DNA of 64,000 bases from the NCBI GenBank assembly GCA_001643675.2, contig LSRY02000056.1, forward strand, positions 248,001-312,000. Reading direction: 5' to 3'. Made by a program: the position numbers and the translations under genes. This DNA comes from Monocercomonoides exilis PA203. Lineage: Eukaryota > Protista > Preaxostyla. Within the stretch, counting starts at the first letter, position 1. Each line of letters starts with the position of its first letter. The notes beneath the pieces are model-generated. The model made no database searches and was not told the DNA's origin. It saw only the letters and a program-made list of their open reading frames with translations. Positions 12,098-23,359 of this stretch are shown here, one piece after another.

Positions 12098-14726
12098 TCA
12101 ATCTGCTTTACCAAAATATAAAATGCCTTTGAAATAGCGAATGAATGTTATTTTTGGGAAAGGACGCGAAGTAGGATCCGCAGGAATCATCGAATTTGTT
12201 GGTGAGGAAGAAGAGTCTGTTAATGATGATAAAGGTGTTGACATAGATTCAATGGATGGCTTTGGCTCAGATGCAAAAATAAAAGGAGTAATATCTTGGC
12301 AAAACTGCTTCTCAAGATTGATGCAATTCACTCGACCATCGTCTTCATTGAGTGAAAACAATTCGGCAAATTAAATTAAATAAAAATAAATGAAGAGAAA
12401 ATGAATAAGATAATGTGATAAATCTCAAAATTTGTTCAGAAAAAATATTCCATAAAAAATTTAAAAAAAAATGTTCAAAAATTCCATATGATAAAAAAAG
12501 CAATCATAAACTCTTCCCACCCCTCCTCCCCATCTCTTTCCCACATCATACTCATCAGCACAAAGAAGTAACCTCCGACCAAAACAGTCTCTTTGACTTC
12601 TTCGTCAGAGAAAGGGAACTGTCTGACGCGCATAGGCTCACACAGCACAGCCGCATGGAGTGCTCTGAGGAACTCTCTGCCTTCGTTGTAGTACATGTGG
12701 ATCTCCATTGGAGGGTCTGTGCTGCCACGCTCACGGCGGAAAAAGAGAGGAGGACTGAATGGAAAAAATAATGTGAAATGAAATGAAATGAAATGAAGAA
12801 ATAAAAGAAAGAAAGAAAGATATTGAAGTTTAAATAAATAAATTGAGAAGTTAATAAAATTCATCTTTCTCATTCATAGAAATAGAAGTCAAACTCGTTC
12901 ACTGTTCTTGTCAGAAATAGCTTGTTTGTTGCTGCGTGCCATTAAAAAAAGGATGTATTGATTGTTCATAGAAAGAGTTTTGAAATACAACAAATTCAAT
13001 TAAAGAATAATAATAATCCCCAAATAAATAACCTAAAATTCTGCACACTTGATTTAAACACAAACATTCCATCGAAATGCACATCGCATATTTTCTCTCC
13101 TCCAAACAACTCTGGATCAACTACTGTCACAAAACGCCTGGCTGGTGATTCTATGTTCGGGTTGATGTTGCCATCATCTTCAAAAATAAGAAAGGAAAGA
13201 AAGAAAAAAATAAATAAATAAATAAAAGAGATGAATGAGACAATATTTTGCATATATTGTGTCACATTCACAGAACAGTTAATTTTAAAAATATCATTTC
13301 AAAGTTAATAAAAGAAAGAAAGAAAGAAAGATATATCCACACAATGAACAGTATCCAGAAAGACCAATCCTTCATCTGAAATGAATGCTCGAGCAGAAGG
13401 GAAATAGCGGACAATCTTGTGAAGCCCAAACAGTCCATATTTCCCCGACGCCTGCTCAATTTTCCGGCAGAACTCAGAAACAAACAGCGGAGTAGGGAAT
13501 ATCACAGGGTCTGTCAGCTCCATGCACCCGAAGGGAGGAAGCTTGTCTGGTACAACAGAAGGCATGGAGTGGAATGGAGTGGAAAGAGATGATATTGAAG
13601 AAGGAGGAGGAGGAGAAGAAGAAGAAGAAACGGATGATGATGATGACATTTGAGGTGTTTGAGAATCCATTGGAGAAGGAGATGAAGTTGAAGAAGTGGG
13701 TGTTTCAGATGAAAATGAAGGGCGTTGTGGAAGTGGAAGCGTTGGCTTCAGAAGTCCATATGTTTCAAGTGCACCGTATCCAAACACGGCTCCGTTGTCT
13801 TCAAAGGACAATAAATTGAAATGGAGCATTTCAGAATACAAAAGAAATGGTAATACAATAATATATTTAAAAAATAATAAAATTTGAGATCAAAAAATTT
13901 TGTTTATAATTACTAAATATGTCAAGCATTGTAGTACACAAACCTAAAATTACCAAGCATCTATTATTCAGAACATGAAATTCCTTGACTCTTCCCTTTC
14001 CCAAAGTTGATTCAACAATACCTTCTTTTGAAGCAAAAGGACCGCACTTAAAGTTCCACAAAGCAACGTAAAGAAAAAAAATAAATAAATTGCAATTAAA
14101 TAATTAGAGAATGTTATGGATATATGAAACCATTGACCAGCTAGGCGAAGAAATTGTATAAGCTGAGGAGAGAAGATAAATGAAATGCAAATGAAAAATA
14201 GCTGTTAATGAAAAATTGGCTTAAAACGTGATGTCAAACTTTTTGTGGTTGTTGTACTGCACAGAAGTTGTCCTTTACTTGTCAGTCCATATGCAATTCC
14301 ATTTCTAACTTTAATAGAAGAAAAATGAACATCTGGAGGTGGTGAAGGAAATGGTAATGATTCTCCAAAATAAATTTGTGTTGCTTCTGGGATTCCAGAA
14401 GATGAATTAACAACTGGATATGCCTTTTTGAACTTTCCTTTCGAGTCAAAAGTAAGTATGCTGGTTACACTTCCATTTCCTACTCGAGATTCAATTGAAG
14501 CTGATTTTTTTAATTCAACTAATAAGCAATAAAAAATTACAGCAAAAAGACCTTCATAAATTTCTATCATGGTAGCAGGATATTTCAGCGCTATTCTTAC
14601 AACAGGATCAATAGAAAGGTTGCATGGACATATAACATCATCTTTCTCTGGATGGTAACTGAATCCAGTATCAGTAAAAATATCACCCTGCTGCACACTG
14701 AAGCCTATGATAGCAGAGGTCTTCAT
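12098..14726 (-). CDS. Multi-exon protein with degenerate RCC1/BLIP-II-like beta-propeller repeats
   Basis: Exons joined by GT-AG introns give recurring motifs AYGLTSKGQLL, CLVILDNGAVFGYG, AFISDEGLVF and FFVLMNDGRV. The start codon and one internal junction (about 12890-13065) are uncertain. Confidence 0.5.
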
Positions 14727-14945
14727 GGGCTGTTTTTGCAATTCATGATCGCAGAAACAATGTTTATTTAAAAAATATAAATAAAACATTCCAAACAACA
14801 AACAACATGTAAATGCGAAATGTTAATGGAGAATAATGAATCTATATAATAAAAATTCAAACAATCTCTAATTTCCAGCAACGCTTTTAAAAAAGCTCAA
14901 CCTTTTTATTTTTGGATTACCCTTAACTTTATTTTAATTCTTTGC

Positions 14946-15984
14946 ATGTCCAGAGCACTTTCTTTTTTTGAAACAGATTTGGATATTGATCAACGATTTA
15001 GGTTTGGATTAATGTTCTTTCTATAGCTCCTTGCGTTATCATAATTTTTGATAGTGAAAATCCAGCAGTTGTGTATGAAACGGATTATTTCAAAGTTCAT
15101 CTTTTTGAAAGTTAAATTATTATTTCTTATCTTTTTCACTTTCATAACGACATGCACATAATAGAGAAGATTCTACACTTATTCTACTAAATTTGCTCGA
15201 GAATTTAACACGTTTGTTTTCTTTAAAAAATATTGAGTGAATATTTTTTGTTTTTTGAAAAGTATTTCCACTAAACTTTTTTAAAGGAAAGCGAATTCTT
15301 GATTTTTCAACTGGAACAGGCGTTTGTGGAATCGCACTTTCACTTATTGGTTTGCAAAAGAAAATAATTCAGGGATTTTAAAAAAATAATTTCTCCAGGT
15401 GCATCAGTCACCGTGTGTGCTGCAAGGCATCATCGAGCTCTCGTTGAAGACAACATTAAAAGAAATGTAAAAGGAAAAGATATTCGAATAATTGAACGAA
15501 ATTTGTTTGTTATCATCCATTCTTTTGAAAACTTTCAAAATTCGGCGAAATTTAGATTATCGGAAAAAATACCTTTTATTGAACCAGATTTTGATATAAT
15601 TATTTTTTCAGGTTTTGAATTTTCCGATGAAAAGTGTGATACTCTCGTTTTTCTCAACATTTTATTTTTTTGTTTATTTAGCTTTGAACACCTTTCTCAA
15701 TTTTTCCTGACTGCAATGAATGCAAAAACAGTTGTAATTGCAAGTTTGGATGAATATTTCAACAATAAATTACTAATTAATTTTTGTATTATTATGAAGG
15801 CTACGAACTGAGATCCAAATCAGATTTGGAATTTTTTAAGAAATTAAATGAAATACTCTACATTCAAAAGATTCCAATGCAGAACGTGACTGAAACTCTC
15901 CGTGATGAACAAATAGGCCTGTTTTTCTTTAAAAAGAAAGAACAATCACCAGAACAAAAATCAGAAGTAAAAAAAACAAAATAA
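14946..15984 (+). CDS. METTL21/EEF1AKMT-like protein-lysine methyltransferase (Methyltransf_16), divergent, about 8 exons
   Basis: Spliced translation gives AVVEDSTLILL...FFKGKRILDFSTGTGVCGIALSLIGASVTV...FDIIIFS...SYELRSKSDLEFFKKL. Class I SAM motif I is at about 15285-15350. Confidence 0.75.
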
Positions 15985-16118
15985 CATAAACATCATTTTT
16001 TTTTTTATTTTAAATGAATACAAACAATAAACAAAATTTACTCACTAAATTTTATTAATGAAAAAAATTGAATTCTAATTCACTGTACAACACGCAAAAA
16101 CTTCAAAGACAAATACAT

Positions 16119-18627
16119 TTAGAATCTTTTGGATTTCCCTCCAAAAGGAACATGAGAACTCTTTGTTTTATTTCCGGCCTTTGCTCCTTTTGCAGGAGCT
16201 TCCTTGCTTCGAGCCTCTCTGCTTTGAATGTGTTTGAGTGGAATCAGCATTTGTCTTGTATCAGAATCGAATGGAATGTATTCTTCTTCCTTTTTCGTGT
16301 CTGAATCATCCGTCTCTTCAAGATCTCTCTTCATCAACTCCTTCTGGCTTCCTTTGGCAGAGCATTGCTTATCCAAAAGAGCCTTGTCCAATGTGACTTC
16401 TTCTTTTACAAGAATCTCAGCATCAGATGCAGTTGAACCAACTGGTTGCGTTGTTGTCTCTAATCCAGCCACATTCCTCTCAAACAGTGCAACAAAGAAG
16501 CCGTTCGTGTGATCAGCAGGACACACAAATCGAACGAGCATCTCAGCTTCTTCCTTACTCAGCCCATCGACGACAAATCCATGCAGCATCCATGGTGGAA
16601 TAGCACTTGCACCATCATGGCTTGTTGATGGGCTCGTTGAGGAGGAAGTAGAAGATGATGATGACAATTGTGAAGATAATTGTAATGGTGAGTAAGTTTT
16701 TGGTCTGTTGAAGTTCTTTGGAGATGTCAAATGAAACCCAGAATATGGATGTGGAGAATCTGCTGTTTCTTTCTCTTTTTCTCTCTCAGCTTTCAGAAAA
16801 CGCGCAACAACTTCTTCATCTTCCTCAACAAATTGCGAGCAAGTCGAATAAGTCATCGATGTAACACAAGGAAGTCGTGCAGCATGGCACAGCAAAGAGA
16901 ACTGCAATTCTGAAAGCTCCTTCACTTTTTTGGAAGACGATGAGAATTCTGAAGGAATTGCTGCTGATTGGACTAAAGAGCACTCTGATTTTTCTTTCGT
17001 TGTTTGTATTTCTTCGTCTTCTGCCTTCTGACTTTTTCTTTTTTTATTCAATTTATCAACACTTTCTTCTTCCTCTTCCTCCTCCTCTTCTTCTTGTCCC
17101 TTCTTTTTCCCTCTTCTACTTGATTTTCCTCTTTTAACTTTCTTCATCTCTTCTTCAGCATCTGAGTCTTCTGCTTCCTCCTCTTCGTTTTCATTCACTC
17201 CGCTTCCCAACATCGTCTCAATAGAACGCTTCATCCCACTCCCGCTGCATGAGGGATCAAGAAGCACATGTGTCGCTTTCAATAAAAGTGGCATCATGTC
17301 AACACTTTCCGAATCTCCGCCTGAAGCACTGGCATCATTTTCAGTCCATCGACTTTTCCGTCCTTTCTTTTCTTCGGCTTCCTTCAGTTTCAAATAGTCA
17401 GCTGCTTTTGCGATATCAATATCCAAAAAATCTTCACACAGCACATCAACCAATTCATCGCAGCCGCTTTGCGAAATACGCTTCTGCAGAAGAACAGCCC
17501 GGCGGTGATCTCGTTCAAATGCCAAAACGTGTCCTGAACTGGCAGCGGATGAAGATGCAGAGGACAATGAACTTTTGCTGCTCTTGCTCGAACTGGCACT
17601 CTCCCATTCGTCTTCGTCTCTTTTCCTCGCACCACTGACCATCTCTGCTAGCTGAATTGTTTTGTTTCCTGGCGCAGCACAGCAGTCAACAACAATTGAG
17701 CCAGGAGGTGGATTGAGTATAACAGCGGGCACACAAGAAGCCTTATCTTGCACAATCACATCCATCTCTTCTAAAAGCTTCCCAGAGTGGCCAAGGCACG
17801 TACTGGTTCCGAGTACCCATCGCGGAACAACCAGCAGCCCATACACTTGTGGATCAATCATAAATGAGCAAGGGAAATTGGATGATGGTTGGCGGAGTAT
17901 TTCATGAAACAAATCGTTTTTATGATGGCATTTTGAATCCTGTTCTTTTTCGTCAAGTTTTTTCGTTGGCTTTTTTATATCGCTTTGAATGTGCTTAAAC
18001 TTTTTTGTTCTAATCAGTTTGTTCACAGTATTATTAAGTGTTGTTTTCATTGAATTGACACGAAAATATACTGGAATTTCTGTTTCAGTTGCATAGGATT
18101 GTTGTAAGTTTGAAGGAAGCAATTCTTCATTTGTAGTTGCGTTCTTTTTCTCTTTAAATTTTTGAAATTCACTTGTCACAAAAGATTTGTTTGGTTCTTT
18201 AAATAGTAATTCGGCATGTTCTCCATAATCGTGTGCATGCCTAATAATACAACTTTTCACTCTGTTATCTTGCCCCATCAGCATTTCTGTGAATTTAAGG
18301 TTTAAGGCAAAAAAACAATAATTTGGACAAACCATAGGTAAATAAATACAAGCTTGAATCCTTCGTTGGTTTTATCATTTCTTTATTTAATTGTGCATAG
18401 TTTTCTTGCTCGCTTTTTGGTAAGTTAGAAATTGTTCTTGAAATCTCTGAATAAAGCTGATCAAAAACATTTTGATATTTTAATGTCTGTTGGCAAAGTA
18501 GAAGTATTAAGCTTCTTCGTTTCTCCATAGATGCTGGAGTTTTTGTGTAAACAATTGTCTTTAATGAGCCTTCATGCTCTCTATATTGAGTTATTGCGTT
18601 TGAAACAGCTCTATATATCAATGTCAT
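16119..18627 (-). CDS. NSUN5: rRNA cytosine-C5 methyltransferase NSUN5/Rcm1; intron 18332-18287
   Basis: The N-terminus has GSLKTIVY...TLKY...YEMLMG. Other motifs: YFRVNSMK, VQDKASCVPA, DCCAAPGNKT, LLDPSCSGSG, YSTCS and TNGFFVALF. Both catalytic Cys are present. Confidence 0.92.
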
Positions 18628-18689
18628 TTGTTAAGGGTAGTGGGTTTTTCGTCCATAATTATTTATACTATTTTCACTTTTCGTTAACC
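18628..18689. promoter_or_regulatory. 62-bp divergent intergenic region (probable bidirectional promoter)
   Basis: The ATGs of NSUN5 (18627, minus) and the NDT-like gene (18690, plus) point away from each other. Confidence 0.6.
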
Positions 18690-19283
18690 ATGAGATATTT
18701 CATTGCAGGAATTGTTTAATATGCTTTTCTTTATTTAAAACCCGATAATTTGTTATTAAAATTCGTATTGGTTGGTGTTTTTAACCAGATTCAAGGAACA
18801 CTCCATACTGGACTTGTTTCTCAAGATTATCGCAAAGAATTGCAAGGTTTTATTTTTTTCAAAAATAGATATCGAAGTAACAATTATTTATATATGAATA
18901 TATTATTTTTCAAAGAGTTTATAAAATCTTGTGACAAAGAAGCCGTTATTGTTGATACTTTTGATATTTGTGATCATCCGGAACTTCTTGAAAAGGATGA
19001 CGAAATTCGTCATGTGTTTGAATATAATGTTCAAAAGGCTGTTGAAAGTGATATTGTTGTTGCATTTGTTCCAAGTGCAAGCATGGGAACAGCTGTAGAA
19101 ATTTGTTCTGCTTGGAAAGCCGGGAAAACTGTGTATACAATTTCTCCTCTAAAAGAAAACTGGACAATTCGATTATATTCTACACAGGTGTTTCCAACAA
19201 TGGAAGAATTCAAGACTTTTTATTCAAATCTTCTTTCATCATCTCAACCACCTCAAATAACTGAAACAGAAAAATCCTCATAA
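18690..19283 (+). CDS. Nucleoside 2-deoxyribosyltransferase-like / N-glycosidase family protein; introns 18714-18788 and 18847-18915
   Basis: Spliced MRYFIAGIIQG...QDYR...SDIVVAFVPSASMGTAVEICSAWKAGKTVY matches the NDT-fold pattern: YxAG near the N-terminus, DxxVA, and SxGTxxE with the catalytic Glu. Confidence 0.8.
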
Positions 19284-19529
19284 AGATGGGGAAACAATTG
19301 TTTAAAAACTCAGAACAAGACTAAAATGATTATAGATGATCATTGTCATAATGTTTATTTAAAAAAAAAATGAAATTTCAAAATTGAAAAAACTGTGTTG
19401 GCTTGTGAAAATATTCATCGAAAATAAAACATGTGAAGACAGCTTGAAAAGTGAATTGAAGAACGAAAAAAAGAGATGTTTCAAGAAATGAAATAATGAT
19501 ATGTTTCATTAAAAAAATAAAAATGCAAT

Positions 19530-20733
19530 TCATTCCATCACAAATCCTTTTCCAACTCGAACCAAATCACCTGCATCTGGCTCAGCAAAACGGTTTGCAG
19601 AAATATCCGCAATGGAAGAAGGAAGCTGTTTCGCTGCTTTTGTAAGGTTTGATTGCGATCTTTGAACAGCTGAGGCAACATCTTCTGGTGCAGGTTCGCG
19701 AACTATACCGCGTGATGGAGAATTTGAGCTTGAACTTGATTGATCGCCTGAATCAGGGTTATAAAGAGAAGAAAAGCGAGTAGGAGAAGAAGGAATTGGT
19801 TTGAATAATTCTGTTGGACCAACTTCAGCAGGCGTGTAACGATATGTCCGAGTAGGAGCAGGAGGGGTCACCGAATTGGCAGCAGGGCGGTGTTGATTTT
19901 GCGAAATCGACTGAGTTGCAGGGAATCCAAAGTATACTCCATTTTGAGTCGGCGGAACAGTTTTACCAGACCCCGACGGGTTATGACGGAATGAGATGGG
20001 CTGCGAAGCTGCCAAATCTTTTGTAGCTTGATTCATTGCGTCTCCCCAAAGCAAACCAACTTCTTGAAGTTGATGCTCCCATTTCTGCCTATCGCGGACT
20101 TTAATGTCCAAATCATGATCAAATATTTTCCTCTCCTGCTTTTGATGAAAAAATCCTGAATCCGGTGTTCTCCCGATTGGACCATCAAAGGCGCCTGAAT
20201 TAGGATCAGGAGGCTCTGGAAGTCCATCTGGAGCAAAATGCAGTGGTTTATCTCCAAAGGGAGACATCCCAGGAACTGGAATAAATGAAATATCTTCAGA
20301 AGATTTTTGGAGAGGTTCATTTAGAAGATCTTTCATTTCACTTTTTCCATTTACGGTATTTCCGAGAACGTCATATCCTTCATGAAAACCATAGCCTTCT
20401 GTTCTCGTGATATCTGATTCATTATTCATCAAAGGAGGAGGCGTTTGAGAAAACGGAGATGCTAAATGATTAAAGGCGAATGGAAGTAATGTTTTCAAAT
20501 GTTGAATAAAAAAGCATTCATTGCACACAATTCAATCCAAGATTTGTTGCTGATGTCTGCTTTAAGCATTCATCTAAAGAATTTTGGCAACGTATAATGC
20601 ATTCACCAAGTGAAATATTTTGAAACTTCGAAATAGAACACTTATCTCTGCATTTGGAGCCTTCTCTTGCACAGTCTTCAGAATTAATGCAGAAACAAAA
20701 CAATGACAAATAAAACAAAATCAAGAAATCCAT
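19530..20733 (-). CDS. Secreted orphan protein with an N-terminal six-cysteine domain and a Pro-rich tail, 2 exons
   Basis: Signal-peptide-like MDFLILFYLSLFCFCINS, then CX6CX3C-X12-CX3CX6C. A phase-1 GT-AG intron (about 20528-20463) joins it to the 19530 ORF. Confidence 0.65.
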
Positions 20734-21014
20734 TTTTTTTCAGAGTTCGTGAAAAAACGAAAGAATGATCATTTCATTGAGAAGTATGAACGTTCTCAAG
20801 TGCTTGCGAATGTTTTTAAAAAAAATAATAAAGATTTTTGATCTCAAATAAAACTATTTAAAAAAGCAATAATTCATTTCAAATGAGATGTTAAAGATTA
20901 TTTTATTCGTTATTTTAAACTTGAAAATTGATCCCAATATTATTTGAGAATATGTTTGAAATGAGTTAAGTATGTCTTAGATCAGAATTGTGTCTAATAA
21001 TCTAATTTGTTTGT

Positions 21015-22311
21015 ATGTCTGGGATTCTTGCGAGTTTAAGGGGACTTGTAACTCCAGCTACAATAAATATTGCTTTGGAAGGAGAAGCTACAAGACGAAA
21101 AATTCGCAGGCCTAGCGGTGAGAAAGAAGGAGAACCTCTATGCCTATACGGAGGAAAAGACCCAGTGAAAGGAACAATAACTGTCACTCCTCTTCCAGGA
21201 AAGAAAGTTGATCATGTTGGAATCACATGCGAATTCCTTGGAGTTATCGAACTGTTTGGAGAAAAGACAATATCAAACAATTTTGTCACAGTGACAAAGG
21301 AGCTTGAACCAGCAGGCACATTGCTGCAAACGAAAACGTATTCATTTGATTTTTCAAACGTCAAAAAAGAATATGAGTCTTATTACGGCATTAATGCAAA
21401 TCTTCGGTTTGACGCATTTTCATTGTTTTTTCACTTTTTGAAATTTTTTAAATTTGATTATTAATTCAGATATTTAATTGTTGTGAAAATTCAGCGCTCT
21501 TTAGCTTTAAATGTTACGGAAGAAAAAGAGATCTACGTCCGAGTCATTCAAACAGAACCAGAATCAAACAAAACCATAAAAATGGCAGTTGGAGTTCCAG
21601 GATCACTTCATATTGAATTTGAGTATTCACGTTCAAGGTTTGACTTATTCATTTATGAAATTATTTTTCAAAATTTTCTGATAACTTTTTATATTTTTAT
21701 TTTGATTTGCTTAAAAAATCAATCAGATATCACTTGAATGATTGCATCATTGGTAAAATCTCATTTTCTGATTGCCGTCTGAAGGTGAAAAATATGGAAG
21801 TTGCGATTCTGAAAAAGGAGACAACGTTTCAGGATGCAAGCGCATACAACGAAAGCGACAACTTGATGCGTTTTGAAGTGATGGATGGAGCTCCAGTGAA
21901 GGGAGAAATCATACCAATTCGAATGTATCTGAAGAGTCTTGATTTAACTCCAACATATCCGACTGTCAATTCATGCTTCCAGGTTTGTTTCATATGATAG
22001 ATCGATATGGAGAGAGAGAGAAAGAGAGAAAGAGTGTTAATAAATGCTTTCCAAAAAAAGATGAAGAAAAAAGAGGATAAAACAAGAGATTATGAACTTT
22101 TGTAAACTTGTTGTAGCTTTTAAATACAACTATTTTAAAATTGGGTTCTTTTTTTCGAATTACATTTATTTGCTCAAATTTTACTTCTCTTTGTATATTT
22201 TCTGATATTTCACAGGTTCGATATTACTTGAACATTGTCATTTTCGATGAAGAAGATAGAAGATATTTCAAACAGGCAGAAATCACGTTATGGAGAAAAG
22301 ATCTTGTTTAA
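21015..22311 (+). CDS. VPS26: Retromer subunit Vps26; introns 21407-21469, 21638-21726, 21983-22215
   Basis: Motifs: GKKVDHVGI, KEYESYYGINANLRY, IKMAVG...LHIEFEY..SRYHLND, FEVMDGAPVKGEIIPIR and the C-terminal DEEDRRYFKQAEITLWR. Confidence 0.96.
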
Positions 22312-23359
22312 GAAAAGTCAAATAAACAGAAGTTAAGGAAACAAATATTGAATTATCTTTTAAAGCACATCAGTTGATTTTAAATCTTTCTTTTCTTGAC
22401 TTCTTTCATTTTTTTCTTTGTCTAAAGTTGTATTGACTCATACTCTAAATTCTGATCCAACACAAGTTGGAAATTTTTTCACTTGTTTGTTTTATTTGAC
22501 GAATATGTTGTTAATCTGTTATCACTAGAAAAAGATGGTTGCATTGCACAATTATTTTTTCATGAACTGTAACTTTTGTCTTTTCTGTCTCGAGGCAAAT
22601 CTTTTATTCTTTCCTCTGTTCGCTAAAATATGTTTATTTCTGTGATTTGTTAATTTTTCCGAGAGTGTTGTTTTTCGCATCTAATAATAATGAAGGTAAT
22701 GATAATATTTTCTTTCAAATTTTCAAAAAGTAATTGATGAATAACCTTAGAAATTTTTTACGATATCAGAATAAATTTGAATTTCTGATATTTTGATAAC
22801 ATAAAGAATAATTAAATAATCTTTGAAGAACATAAAACTTCAGAATTTAATGTATTTATGAATAACAGAAAGAAAAAGAAATATCGGTTCACACTTAATT
22901 CTTTGAGATTAAGATTTAGAAAAGAAAGTTTTTGCTAATATTTATATAATTTTTTGATTGGTTCCAAACTTTTTCAGCTTCCACTTCATTAAATATTAAA
23001 CACACTCACGTTTTTGAAAAATAATATACAAATAAATATACAAATAAACGAGATGAGAAAGAGAAAGAGCAATTTTATACAAGATTCTCTTATTTTTAAA
23101 TCGAAATAAGTTTCATCAATTAACTTTCAATAATATTTTTATATCTATCCAAAAATCAACAATTTGTCAAAAACAACAATATCAAAAATGTTTTAGCAAA
23201 ACAGTACATTTTTTAATTATATAAAAAAAAGTCACTTCGTTTTTTGGAAACAATTTTTTTATCAGGAGTTCATTTATTTTTTAAAATAATATGGGGCACG
23301 TGGATTTTAAATTTTCTGATTTTTCCTGCATCCACATCGTGGCGAGGTGCTTCTATAAC

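Noticed and set aside
12340-13070. Apparent non-AG acceptor sites or stop-codon reassignment in the RCC1-like gene
   Set aside because: Downstream AAG/CAG acceptors restore the frames. TAA and TGA end conserved genes normally and long ORFs need no readthrough, so there is no sign of TAR=Gln.
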